This document shows, in pieces, positions 23,511 to 36,475 of a DNA stretch of 41,190 nucleotides. A program made the translations under genes and the position numbers. Each line of letters opens with the position of its first letter. Position 1 is the first letter of the stretch. The notes below the pieces were generated by a model. It was not told the origin of the DNA. It saw nothing but the letters and a program-made list of their open reading frames with translations, and searched no databases. Origin of the DNA: Dimargaris cristalligena (taxonomy: Eukaryota); assembly GCA_003614675.1 (NCBI GenBank), contig ML002330.1, positions 1 through 41,190 of the forward strand. The letters run 5' to 3'.

Positions 23511-24260
23511 CCTATTCGTAATGACAGGTGGTTTAACGAGACGGGTACACAGGTGGCAAAAGTCGACCTAGTCGGTGTTGCCGTATGTCCTACGTAGTTT
23601 GCATGTTGTGAGGGAGCGGAATGGTCGGTTCAGCTCCCCCTGCTCGCTCGCAGCTTGGGGGTCCCGGCAACCGTGATGACATGAGGTTCCATACCCAATG
23701 GGTCTTTTATGGCTCCGTGACTCGGCCAAGAGAGGTTCCACGGGAAAGAATGCAATAGTCACATTAGCCATTTCAGGCTGCGCTAGTGTGCGGGGTCAAA
23801 AACAGCTGGGGCTACAATGGTTGGAGCGAAGGGCGGTTTATATCCCTGGGCGCTGCGTCTTGAAGTGGTCTAGTTTCCAATACAATTATGCGGTGTTTAA
23901 GCTTGTCACTGCATTAGTCCTGTATAGGGCTGACTAGAACTATGCAAGTGGGTGGACTCCAAGGATCTAGTGGTTCAACAGAGAGAGATGTTCGAGCGAC
24001 AACCAACGAGCAAACTTGTGCCCATTTTGTCTCCAGCGGTAGTATAGATAGCCCCCCTTCCCCTCCAGTGTTCTTTGCCGGCTCTCTATTTTGATTATGA
24101 ATTCCCTTTCGCGTTACTAACGGCCGGATATATCCAAACACCCGCGGCTGTGGTACAGTTGGGGCAATACTAAGAGATTTGTTTCGATAGCAGCCAACGG
24201 AGTTAACAATATGTCTTTGGATGACTAGATAATATACTATGGGTTGGTTTAGCAATAGAC
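23511..24260 (+). repeat. Dispersed ~700 bp repeat, copy B (CpG-rich)
   Basis: Direct, colinear homolog of 11821-12532. Frequent 1-2 bp indels between the copies argue against a conserved ORF. Confidence 0.85.
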
Positions 24261-24897
24261 CTCCTCCATTAGGATTAATTCACCCCTAGGAATACAGTTC
24301 TCCCGATGAGACTTACTATTAGCAGTTATATACGGACGCACACCCTATTAGTTTTTGGATATGAATAACCCAGGGTTCATACAAGTATGCCAACCAAGCG
24401 AGTGAATACATCCCCCCTGCTGTCTCGCCTATGATTACACAATGTGTCGAATCGGGTGCTCCATGGAAATAACTCTTCTTTTTTCCGTTGGTAAATAACG
24501 GCAGATGAGTATTAGCCCGGCCTTGGTTGTCATTACCTGAGCCGCCAGCACCAACCCAAATGTAATTCTACGCCCCTCTCCCCTAATAGCTTGTCCTCAC
24601 TAAACCGCGTGGTGGTGGATTACACGTACTACCATCGAGGATGGGTGTCGGTTAAGTTAGAGTGACCCAACCCTACCACGGGCAACTCTTAAGTTCTATT
24701 CCGCTGCATTCTGGCCCGACCGACCACTATCGATTGGGGTGGCCGCCAAGTTTCAGGCCACCCGCCTGGCTATTTGCGGCAGGTACTGCCGTCAACTTAA
24801 CCCGCCCTAGCAGAACATAATTATATCCCCCCACTTGAAGCCCCTACCATCTTCATTGAACAAGCGCATCCCAGCCATACTGTAGACACTGCCCCAC

Positions 24898-24905
24898 TAT
24901 AAAAG
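24898..24905 (+). promoter_or_regulatory. TATA box of the small secreted peptide gene
   Basis: TATAAAAG, 144 bp upstream of the ATG at 25042. Confidence 0.55.
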
Positions 24906-25041
24906 GACCGACGATGCCCGCTCGGTTAACGATAACTCACCTACCAGTCACGATTAGAATCACCCCGCTTTTTACACCCAGCCCTGTCGATCACCAGTGA
25001 ATATCCCAGCATCCCCTACTTCAATACCAGCCATTACTACC

Positions 25042-25314
25042 ATGCACTTCCCCGCTTTCGTTCTTGCGACTTTCGCCATTGTGGCATTGGCATGGGCCCG
25101 GGACGGCCATACCGATACCGCGAATCCGAGTACTTCCCAGGACGAAGTGACCGCTTCCTCCACTGGCCTGCACGCTTCCCACCGCCACCCCCAGCAGCTC
25201 GTTCGTCGCGGAAAATTCCCCAAAAAGACCCGCGAGCCCTGTCCCTATTGTAAAGAAGAGTATATGCCCAGCGTCCTTACCGTACATATGAAGACCTGTT
25301 CCAAGAAACCTTAA
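25042..25314 (+). CDS. Small secreted protein (90 aa): signal peptide, pro-region, Kex2-type LVRR site, C-terminal C2HC zinc finger
   Basis: MHFPAFVLATFAIVALAWA | RDGHTDT...HPQQLVRR | GKFPKKTREPCPYCKEEYMPSVLTVHMKTCSKKP. Good start context (accATG), C-ending codon bias, upstream TATA, and a C-x2-C-x11-H-x3-C motif. Confidence 0.75.
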   Translation: MHFPAFVLATFAIVALAWARDGHTDTANPSTSQDEVTASSTGLHASHRHPQQLVRRGKFPKKTREPCPYCKEEYMPSVLTVHMKTCSKKP

Positions 25315-26976
25315 TAAGCATACTAATCATAATAACTAGGTGCCTATACCATTCCTTTTCTTACCAGCCCATAGACCCGTTGGTGACCATCACCCGCATC
25401 TACGAATCCCCCACTTCCCTTTTTGTCGACAAGCCTGGCTTGGTATTTCAATAAAAAGGGCCTTGGTTTACATATGGTTGAACGTTGCATGGGTGATACT
25501 GGGAAACGGTATGTAGTAGGGTTTCGTTCAATTTTTGCTTGATGCCTGGACTTGTCCTGCCGACTGGTGCCGTTCTCACTGGATTGGGACGGTTAAGACT
25601 AGCACGCTCGCTTTCTGTTGTTAATGAGCTAGGTGGCGATTGTGTTTGATTAGTGATCACTATTCCTTTAGCGATTCTCTGTAGTGGTTTGCTATAGTTT
25701 AACACCATTGGGTGTTAATATATATATATATAATAGAAGTATCAGCATCCACTATTTTGCTGGTAAAATAAATCTAGCGGCCCGCTCCGATAAGGCCATC
25801 TCTATTCATAATTATATCGCCGCTTCGCTAGATTTTATCCCAAATAAGCTATGTGAACCTCACGAATTAGGACACTTCAAATTGCCATATCATTCTTTTA
25901 TACGGCTCTATTTATGGTGCAATAGCCCCTAGACCCCTGTCCGGCTTATTACACGCCATAAATATGCATATAAATATATGTAATGGATAAGACACGATCC
26001 ACTCATTATTTCTAATATGCCAGGGCCAGTATATGTAGTCCGTAGTCCCCTTATCACGTTTGCGTTTTGCTGAGTTGATTAACGGTTAAAGTAGCCTAAC
26101 ATCGCATAAAAAAATACCTAAGCTAGAACCAGAAAATAGGCATTATGGTGTCTAATTCTGCGACCCTTTCAGTTAATCTAATCCACCAATATTAATAAAA
26201 ATTCGGGATCATTTACCGAACAAGTAAAAAATAATGGACACTCAGTTCTCCTTCCCACATTATAAAATACGTGTGCGTACGTTCTAGAGTATTTTTTTAT
26301 TCGCACTCCGCTTCCCTAGCCATTTGGCCTTTAGCTATCTCCAATCTCCAGCCCCAAGGACCCACTAGGCCTGTAGTGACACTAAGTGGCAAAGGTAAAA
26401 AAGGGAGGCTGTCTATGGGGATTATGGAAACCGACGGATTCAATCACACGAATTAGGATAGTTGTCAAACCAAATTAAAAACACTCCATGATTGGCAAAA
26501 GGGGCACAAACGACCCGGTTCCCAGGGGAATTGGGGCTAGGGAGGCAAATTAATAGTGTATAATATTAGTTTTCGTCGTAAAAAAAAATTGACGAAAAAA
26601 CGGGGATATAATTACAAGGAAAGTCAAATGAATAATAATATAACACATACCACTAGGAACGCACGTCCATCACTAGATAGGCGTAAAAAGTGTTGAGTGG
26701 GATAACCAGCGGGGTGTGACAATGCATCAATGAGAGAGAGGCCCAAAGGGGGCGTACGCATCGAGTTCCTCGGGAAGAGAAGGCGATACAGGTGGAAACA
26801 GTAATAATACAAGTAGTACGGATATGAGTGGTGATGGAATAAGGTAGCAAGCGGATGTTGTGTTGGGGTGTCTTCCTAAAGCTTTGCTATTTGGGAATAA
26901 TTATTGTGTTTTTCTTCTATTATAAACGTCAGTCACGATGGTAGAAATGGGGTCATTGTTGAAGGTGTGAATTGGT

Positions 26977-28506
26977 TCATTTGGGCGGCAGGAATAGGTT
27001 GTTGGCAGTGGAGTCCGAGGCGGGATACTCGGAAGGGCCCAAGACGACAGTGGCTCCTGAAGCGTGAGACGGGTCAAGTACCAGTTCCGCCGGGGCGGCC
27101 AGTAAAGTGGACGGGGATAGTTCGGATAGACTGGCATCAGTGGGGAGTTGGATATAGCTATGGGTCCCATTCTTTGAGCCGGGAATAGGGATGGATGAAG
27201 TGTGGTCCAACAGCGACCTCATGCTGCTGTGGCTGCCCCTACCCTGGGCGTAACCGACCGCCATGGACGGGTGGGCGTTGCGGGGCAGAGGAGAAGTAGG
27301 AGGCGAGGATTTAGGGAGGATACCCGCATTGTCCAAGAAGGAGGCGGAGGTTGGGGCCATTCCCTCGGTCGTGTGCGCCAACAGAGCGGCCTCTTGGCTG
27401 GCCGGGGATAAAGCGTCCAGGGTCAGGGCACGCCGGCGGAACACAAACCACTGGGAGAATACAGTGAAGTCCTGCAGCACCGTACCGACGGAGCCGATGA
27501 TGTAAGGGAGGGAGGCCAGGAGCAGCCCCGGGGGCGACACAAATGACTGCAGCATGATGGACGAGAAATAAAACAGGTTTCCGTTGAGGGCAAAGATAAA
27601 CATGGATAGGGACAGGCCCTCGACTGAGCGGCGCCGGTGGTTCTTGAGAATTTGGGGCAGGCGAGACGTAATGTAGAAGCCGCAGCACACCCATGCAATA
27701 ATCCGCCCGATGATGGGGGAGTCAGAAGAGGCGGAGGAGGGGTCAAGGAGCGAAAAGGCATCATTCGCACCCGAAGCAGCGGGGCCTTCGAAGAAGTCCT
27801 GGGCGGGTGGAGAGCTGACTAGAATCCACAGTCTGTAGATAACGAAAAGGCCGAGGGCGGCAGCCGTTACTCCCAGCATGCCCCGTGATATGCAGCCGCG
27901 GCGGCGACGGCGAGTCAGGTGGGAGGGGGGAGTTCCCGAGTGGTGGCGGTATGACGAGGAGGCCGAAGGGACGGTGGATAAGGCGGCCAGGGACTGGTAG
28001 GATACAGGGGCGGTAGGGTTATTGTAATTCGCGGCTAATAGGGCAGTGCCGGCCTGCGGCTGGCCATCCGGGGACGAAGAAGAAGGGGCAAGATGGTGGT
28101 GGTAGGAAGTATCGCTAAAGCCCATCGACCGCAATAGTTGACTATCCCGCCGCTTCACCCACCAGCGGTAGTAAAAGAGTTGGAAGCATAGCATGGAGTC
28201 GAAGGTGCAGAAATAGATACCCAGGAACTTTTGGAAGGGGAGCTGGTTGGTGAGGAAACAGCCCAGCAAGTTACAAATGTCCCCCGATAGCCAAATGAGA
28301 ATAAAGCTCAGACTGAGGGACTCGGTGTTGCCGCTGCGCCAGTTGAGGTAAATTTGTGGAGTGAGGGCGCAAAGCCAGCACACAATGGAAATACCACTGC
28401 AGAGTTGGGCGATTAGGCCAGTCCAGCTTTGGGAGCAAAAGCCTTCGACAAGAGTAGGAAAGTAGGCGGCAAGCGGGGCCAATAGCCCTGGAAGACAGGT
28501 CGACAT
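26977..28506 (-). CDS. PQ-loop repeat vacuolar amino-acid transporter (Ypq1/PQLC2-like)
   Basis: 509-aa intronless ORF with two PQ-loop repeats: CWLCALTPQIYLNWRSGNTESLSLSFILIWLSGDICNLLG and FYITSRLPQILKNHRRRSVEGLSLSMFIFALNGNLFY. Confidence 0.92.
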   Translation of the reverse strand: MSTCLPGLLAPLAAYFPTLVEGFCSQSWTGLIAQLCSGISIVCWLCALTPQIYLNWRSGNTESLSLSFILIWLSGDICNLLGCFLTNQLPFQKFLGIYFCTFDSMLCFQLFYYRWWVKRRDSQLLRSMGFSDTSYHHHLAPSSSSPDGQPQAGTALLAANYNNPTAPVSYQSLAALSTVPSASSSYRHHSGTPPSHLTRRRRRGCISRGMLGVTAAALGLFVIYRLWILVSSPPAQDFFEGPAASGANDAFSLLDPSSASSDSPIIGRIIAWVCCGFYITSRLPQILKNHRRRSVEGLSLSMFIFALNGNLFYFSSIMLQSFVSPPGLLLASLPYIIGSVGTVLQDFTVFSQWFVFRRRALTLDALSPASQEAALLAHTTEGMAPTSASFLDNAGILPKSSPPTSPLPRNAHPSMAVGYAQGRGSHSSMRSLLDHTSSIPIPGSKNGTHSYIQLPTDASLSELSPSTLLAAPAELVLDPSHASGATVVLGPSEYPASDSTANNLFLPPK

Positions 28507-29466
28507 TGTAAAAAAGATGGGTGGGATGTTTTAAAAGGGGTGAAGAAGGGTGAGGGAAAATAATTCGAGTAAGCGACGAAAAAATATGTTTTTTTCTCGG
28601 TAGCTTAATCAATAGGGCAGATAGGAAATGGTGGGGGCGAATAGTACAAAGAAAGAAAGGGGAGAAGAATAATTTAGGGAAGAAATGAAGAGACGAATAG
28701 CAATGATAGACCGTGGGTCTATTGTATGTGAGTGGGGGGGGCCAAGGTACAGACGGCGGGGTTTGGAGACAATAAGGGGCAAAGGAGAGGCTGAGAGGGC
28801 GGACGGCGGGTGGCTTATATAGGATATGCGATGTATATGGCCAATGTATGCTAAAGGCAGGCAGAGGAAAAGGAGGAGGAGGTGTGCATTAGGCGAATAA
28901 GGAAGCGCGGCTGGTCAGGGCCCACGGGATCGGGCACTATCCGCCAATAAGTGAGTGAATGGGTGAGACCAAAGGAACGATAAAGATCCAACGTGACTCC
29001 TTACGGACACACCCTCCTTTTCTTATCTCTGCTATTTTCTTTTACTCCCTTGGGGAGAAGCATATAGCCTGTGAATGCCATATGCTAAACTATAGATACC
29101 GCCTTGTCTGATCATTGTTTGATAGCGGCTGGCGTTCACTGATGAAGATGAAACTCCGCCGTATATTCCAATGCCTATTCGGCTGTGTATATGCGGGAGA
29201 ACGGTCACAGCAGAACCCAAACAGGCAACCGGCGCATTTACAGACCATATGCGCGCATACCACCTAGAGGTTGTATGTATGCATGCATATATCGCAAGGA
29301 AAATACCGCGATGGATCGATAGCGATGAACCAACAGCCCCTCTACCGGCATAGCTAATTCGGCCAATAGAGCCGTCTGCATACATGCCCCAGGGGATGAA
29401 CAAAAATGGGGGGGCACATGACCCCCCCCTTTTCCAAGGCCACCTATAAGAAATGGCCCCTTAAAG

Positions 29467-29501
29467 CACACACACACACTCTCTCTCTCTCTCTCACCCA
29501 G

Positions 29502-29534
<33 letters not shown>
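29467..29534. repeat. Compound (CA)n(CT)n microsatellite
   Basis: cacacacacaca followed by interrupted ctctct tracts. Confidence 0.9.
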
Positions 29535-31799
29535 TCCTGCACGTCTGGTTCCAAGATGGTAAGTCTGATTAGGCGTGTCCCCCACCGTCTTTAGGGGGGA
29601 TATGGAGTCAGCGAATAGAGGAGAGATCCCGAGGCCGTGGCGATGAGTCTAGATAACCATCGCTCTTCCCTTTGGCTAAAGTTAAACAGATAGCGCGGTC
29701 GGAAATACCACCCGGCCACTTTCGGGAGCTTCGTCGCGCGTAGATGTGGGATAAACCATCTGCCGCCGTGTAGTGTTGGGGCGGCGCCCCGATCCATCGG
29801 TGCCTCCCTAAAGTATCCCGTCAATAATTAAAGGGGAAGAGGATACACTAGTCCGGGCATGCACAGTATACGAAAGAGTGCCCCTCCCTCTTGAACGTCC
29901 AGGACCCGCAGCCGTTCCCCTCTACAGGTACATATAAAAATTGGTCGGCGGACTTTCGCTTATTGACTCAGACACTTACAACTTCCTCGAAATCCGAGAA
30001 AAAAATTCGGTGGGATCGCCGCCGTTGGAGACCCACCGTTTCATATGGACCTGTGACATTGTGTTTCCCTCCCGAACCGTTGTGCACTGTCCATCGGTCC
30101 TTTGTTTCACATCGTGCCGCTTTATTTTATCTGCTCGCCCATCTAAGGACCCACCCATACACTAATAAGCTGCGTTATCTTCCTATTGGGCCTTTTCGGT
30201 TCCCCCAATTACGATTGTTATGGTTTTGCTGGCATGGCAATCCCCCCAAAAATTACCCCGACCGTAATACTAATGTTTGGCCTCCCGTATAGCGATGCGA
30301 TTATTAGGTCTAGATTTTTAAGGAGTCACCAACGAAATGATACCCCATTATGAATAACTAGTGGCACGGACTAGTAGGTCGACGCACAGGGGTAGTGAAT
30401 GGCCAAGTTCCACACACTTGGTATGTCAATATTAATCACTAAAAATTTAGAGGGTGGGATGACAACGTTTTTCTCACTCAATAACAATATTGCACCCAAA
30501 AAATCGGACGGAAATGAGGAGGGAGGGGATCGGTGATCGATGGTGTGGAATAGGTAAGTGGACTGTGGGTGGACCTTTAATGCAGGAGGTTCGGGACGAC
30601 TCTCTCTCTCTCTCTTTCTTCATCTCTGTCGCTCGTTTAGTCTCGGCCTATAGGGGAAGACTGTCGGACTAAATTAGTGCAGCCACCGGGTACCGGGATT
30701 CCGAGTATGGGATTCGATAAAAGGAAACCAGAAGAAGAAGAAGGGCATAACATCCTCTCCCTCACATGAATGACTTTCATCTCTTCCTCGTCCTTTTCAG
30801 CAAGACAATCGCCAGGAGACATCCCCCTCCCCCCTGCCCAGCCTGCCTTTTGGGCTATTGCTGCTCTTATTCTTAAGCACCCCTCTCCAATAAAAAAGAA
30901 ATTGTCACCGGGTCCCTCCACCAAAATCCGTAAAGAGAGAAGCACCCCACTCCTCCAATAATACTATATAACAAAGGAGCACCGGCGGTCGCCAATATCG
31001 GCAATGAAACTCGCACTATCGGCAATTTCCGAGCCAGCTGTCATTATTTCTTCATCATTTTCCTCCTTGCGGGCGCTATTTGGACAAATGCCAAAAACAC
31101 GGGTTTGCCCAGGCACACGAGTGGCTAAACCTCCTGTGTACACGTTTCTCCTTTAGTCAGATGACTCGGTCGTCCACTGAACTCCGACGGCCACTGCCTG
31201 TACCACGCAGCCCATAGGCGGGGAACAGCCGAGAAATAAGTGTATCAAATTACACTTCCGTAACATTGCCTCCGCCCATTTCTCAAGAGAATGGCATTAA
31301 CATCCGTATAGATGGTGCCAACCACTATCAGATGAAACACACTGCACTAAACTAAGCTAACCTACACACAATCCCCACTCTACGCACATACATTTTAGAT
31401 TAAATTAATCAGGATTAAATATCCTCTAGAGGGCCAGACAGCTTACCACGGCCCTGCTTAAAATCGGATAGCAAGCCACCCAAATAAAGCCACCTTGTAA
31501 ATTTATACATTCACTCTACTCCTCGCCACAATGCCATTTACAGGGTCCGGGAGGGTATATGAATCATCCTTTATTCTTGTAAAAATGGCCTGCTGGAACA
31601 GGGGGAAGTAGTGGTAATGGCGACCTGAACCACATCAGACCCTATAACTATTGGTACCGCTTAGACAGGCGCCGGGATAAGGAGGACGCCAGCGACGGGA
31701 AGGAGCGTGCAATAGTGAACATGCCTGGGGGACTATGCTTGAATCAATCTCTATTCAAACATCCCCTCTCTCACTTTCTCTTCTAGGTTTCCACTGGTA

Positions 31800-34700
31800 T
31801 TACAACATCTTCTCGTGACTGTAGCCGCGGGCAATCCCACGCCGGCCATCGGTAGCCAGTTCCACCTCGGTCTCACCCAGCTTCTGTTCCAATCCTTGGA
31901 AGGAGCGCTGGAGTAGATACTCGGCCCCCGCACTACCCAGTACTGTAGAAACATCGGTCGCCTTGTTCCGTATCGTGAGATCACGGGCCTGATCAGTCAA
32001 CGTATCTTCGGAGTTTGCATGTTCTGGGTTCAAATAGGGAGATAGAAGATGAAGGTTAATGCCAGTGTGTCATCCCAATAATAGTATAGTTGCGATGGAA
32101 TAGTCAAATGGAAGATAGATGGCTAGATATAGACACACACATATATATACCCATGAGCACAAACGGAGGGCATTGGGGAAGAATGTGGGTGTAGTAGGCC
32201 TTTACAATTTGCTGGGGAATTCCGGAATGCCCCGGATTTAGCCATTGGCCTCCCTCCGTAAATAGCTTACCTAGCTGCACAGGATGATACCGCCGATTGT
32301 ACTTGAATTTCCCCGTCACCAGTGAGAAATGGGGGCGATCCACGTCCTCGTCGCTATCGTCACTAGCAGCATTGGGTTTCTTGGCGGTAGTTTCCAGAGC
32401 CCCTGCGGATGGGCCGGAGCTACTACCCTGGTCAGCGCTGGACTCTTCGGATTCTATACAGTCAGCCATTGCACGGGAAGTGATATTCTAATTAGGATGA
32501 TTTTTTTCTCTCCGTCGGAGGCATTATAATTTAATAAGGTATCCGTCTGAAGCCGGATTTGGCCATAGTGTCCGTCCACCATTCTCGCTCTCCCTCTACT
32601 TTTAGTCTTATCTAAATAAATCCGGAGCCGACTATCCATCAATTCCCTTAATATAAAAATAAACTTACCATGCAGCAGCTGGTTGAAGTCGGTAATGTAC
32701 GCACCCGTCCACTCTAGGTCGCTGTAATGCCAAATACAATTGATTCCGAACAATATTAGTTACGCTCGTAAGATTACCCCCATACTTACCTCCTCCTCCT
32801 TGTCCCCCATACGCAAACGAGTATGAAGGAGGACGGAATCCTAATCATCCCCCAATAATAATAATAATAATAACAGTAACAATAAGCAATAGGTCCTCCT
32901 CCATACCCACATCCGCATGTGACCCTAAACACCATCAGGGTTGGACTGGTGGAATACCAGTCGCCCCAACTTACCTTTTGAGCGACAGTTCCAATTCATA
33001 AGGCGTTACAATGGGGCGGTAGAACTCCTTAGAGTCAATCAAGCTATTTTCGGGGCAAGCCACCAGTACAAAGACGTCAATTTCCATGAAATTGGCCATT
33101 TTGGCCACATTGATTTTACCCATCACGAACTGGTAGTATTTTTTGCCCGCCTGCCGTAGAATGGACTTGAGGTGTTGGATGACCTTCATATAGGAGGCTA
33201 GTCCGGGGAAAAAAGAATAGGCATAGTAAGACAGCTCGACTCGTTAGGCATGGTGATAGTGGATATCGCTGATTTATCATAGGTACGGCATCCATTAAGT
33301 CTAAGCAGCCTGGACAATCATATAAAATGAAAAGTGCGAATGGTACTTACCCACACCGAGAGTTCCGGCCACAATGCCGACAACGTCGGAGTCCTTGGCT
33401 TTCTGTAGCATAAAGTATCTTATCCACCCCCCAAAAAATAAGTCATACGCAAAAACAAAGGTAGTAATAAACAAAAGCATACCATCAAATTATTAGTAAC
33501 CCTGATCAGTGAATTATTCTCACAGTGCGATAGTATATTGGTAAAGCCGATATATAACGTAACTGGTTTTTGCAGGTACGGACATTACTTACCTCTTCAT
33601 CAGACTCTTGCTGCTCTTGACTGTCAGTTCCTGACCCAATCCCGACTGAGGGTCAAAATGGAAAGCCTAGAAAATAAATATAAACGCAGGGCATTTCGCC
33701 GAAATGAAATGGGGGGGGGAGGGTGCCAACGTTAGTTGCCCATTGTTAAATAATTATAATACTCTACTAGATGAGCGCGGTAGATAAAATACACTTCGTG
33801 GTTACAATAGTTTGGACCGAGTCACTGAGGAAGGTCTAAGATCAAGGTGGCCCCAATAATACAGCGGGTGGTGACTTACCGGACATTGGTTGTGAGTGAG
33901 GATAATATTCGATAGGGCGGGCGACTCTGACCCAATATAAAACAGGCTATAGTCCGTAATCGAAGTACCCGGTAAGAGAGTATAGCTCCGACCACGCTGG
34001 GTGGTTGTCCCTTTTTCACCTTCGCTTCGCACTGGCTTCGTTTTGCAGCAAGGGGTTTCTTCCGCTGGAACTGGTGACGACTCCCGCAATGATTGGGTTG
34101 GTGGAGCTGGTTCACCATCCACGGCGGACTCATGAGACTCCCCGTATTGCTGACAGCTGTTACCAGCAGGACCGGACCCACAACAGGGCGTGCTACTCAG
34201 GTTCGTGGGTGGGTCGGTTTGAATATCCAGGAATTCAGTAGGTATTTCCGATAATACCAGCTTGGAATATCCATACTGCTCCGTTAGCTTGGCCAGGAAT
34301 TGATCTGGGATTAGGAGGATGTCAGTAAGGGAGGTGGGAAGATAACCCTCGGGGTATAGTTAGAGGGGGTGCGTATAGAGGGTAGGGCAGGGATACTGCA
34401 ATATCTAATCCTACTAAAGATTGACCAATTGGGTCGTATGGACAACATCTACCATCTAGCCTCTTAGGGATGCTATCGTTTCGGGCATACCTTTGCAGTG
34501 GTGATAAGCTACGTCGTAGAGAATCAGGACCGGCCGGTCAGAGGCTGGGTCAAAAAACTGGCGGAACTTTTCCGCTAGTTGGTTCATACCCACTGAGGGT
34601 TTGCCAAAAACGTAGAGTACGGGAATACGGGATGGCCTATAGAGACGAAATGGTTAGCAATGGGTAAATCATATAGAGAAAATCACCCGAAAATACAGAG

Positions 34701-35709
34701 CTGGTTAGGTTAATTAACTGTCGAATAAAATCTCATCGTCCGTTGCGCAACTGGGGCTGCGAAGTACACATGATGAGCACTATGGCCGCACTCACGCATC
34801 TCCGTATATGACAGTAGGCATTTGGAGGGACTATAACAAATCATTCATTTAGAGACAAACTAAACTAGCAACAGCTACGCTATAGAATCGAGCATACTAT
34901 TCGGGTGTTTAACTTACGCGCTAAGACAGGAATGGCCATAGTGAACAATCAAATCGGCGCCGACATGCTCAGCCGCAATTTCGTCGATACAGCAACTATT
35001 GTCCGGGAAAACAGAGTAATTACAAATAAAAGCGCATCAATAATAACCATGAGGGGGAAAAGTTAGTTAAGACATGCCTATATCTAACGCCCGAGCTACA
35101 TTGGCTGTGATGCTATAGCGATTAAGGGGCCTGTGCGAAGCAATATTGGTTAGTGGTATTTGATTGAAAATAGAAGAGTATCGTATTCTTACCTGCCATA
35201 AGACGTATCGGCCAGAATAAAGATTTCGGCATCGGTATGTTTGGCTAGTTCGGCGTAAATAAAAGTTGAGTCGCTCAGCATCAGATCGGGGAATTGCAAA
35301 GCCACCTACGAGAGTCGAAGATTAAACGAGAAGGAAACAATAAGAATGATCAAAGTCGAGACATACGATATCGCCCCTAGATTAGTATTACAGTGGTAAT
35401 TAGCCCTAGTTATCGCATCGATGGGATTGTAAAAGTATAGGATTGCTATAGTTTCCCCGGCAGTATCTTCTTTTCATATATATTTATTCCAGTATATAGT
35501 GCAGCAATTCCTATGCGATTTTGCTGTTGTGCTCTTACCCGCTGGTAGTTGTGGCACCGGATCGCCGCAATGGTTCGGTCGAGTTCGTAGAAATCGTAGT
35601 ACTGGGCGTGCGAATCGGCTAGTTTACGAGCGGGCTCGGTGACTTGGCGCTCGATGGCGTCAACCCCGCTGCTTTCCATGGGGGCTGCTGTGGTCGGTTC
35701 GCTGGCCAT
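31800..35709 (-). CDS. DPH2: Diphthamide biosynthesis protein 2, 11 exons
   Basis: Spliced product contains [130 protein letters not shown], and the DPH2-type tail [11 protein letters not shown]...[12 protein letters not shown]. Ten GT-AG introns; internal boundaries are approximate. Confidence 0.93.
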
Positions 35710-36475
35710 TAGTAACTAGTGGAAGAGGTGGTGGTGGCTGTTGGAATTGTAGTAGGTTGTAGGGTTCGCGAGTGAACGGCCAATGGGAAGAGGGGTAGTG
35801 GATATGTAGCAAATGAGAGCTTCTATCCTAATATGGCACGGGTAACACTTTCAGTGATAATAAGTTTAAAGCGTAATGACCAAGGTTGACTGGAATGGAC
35901 GGTGCTTTGGTACCCAGTTCTCGGGGGAATTAGGTCAATATGGCGCTGATTCCTCAAATACCGCCAGCAGCCTAGCAAAAAAAAACTTAATTATGGCTAA
36001 GTGACTTCAGTTGTAGTAATTCCAAATCTGAGAAATAAATTGTACCACCACGGGGAATATAATATACGCCAAGTCAATTTTGGTGAGAGTTAGAGGCAAG
36101 GGTGTTCTCCAAATGGCTGGAGGGCGACCATTTGGGAGGAGCAGTTATGCGCTTGAGCCCCGTTGTATAAGCGGAGCCCTCTCCAAACCCCTGTTCCTTC
36201 TACCCTAGTGTACTCTGGTGAGACGCTCTACGTGGCAGTACCACCGCCTGAGAGCGATAAGACCCGATGCCTCCTGCCTCGACAGGGTATGGGCCCAGCT
36301 CACTACTTCCATGGTTTTCAAGGCCCTTTCTCCAGTTTACTTACCTCCCCCTCTGTTCACTTCTCCTTCTTTGTACCTCTATATTTAGTGAATGACCCCG
36401 GTCTATAATACCCCCATTCATTCAGCCTTACAACGAGCCCAACAAAGCATTCGCCCGACCCTACTATCCCCCACT

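Noticed and set aside
29030-29400. Cluster of ATGCAT/CATATG-type palindromes and short ORFs upstream of the PQ-loop gene (possible ApT 6mA cluster)
   Set aside because: Methylation cannot be read from sequence, and the ORFs lack codon bias or motifs.
31004-31156. 50-codon ORF (MKLALSAISEP...) downstream of TATATAA
   Set aside because: No convincing signal peptide, motif or codon bias.
33876-34181. Apparent frameshift in DPH2 exon 5 suggested by two overlapping ORFs
   Set aside because: Re-reading gives a continuous frame ([18 protein letters not shown]...); the second ORF is an alternative-frame artefact.
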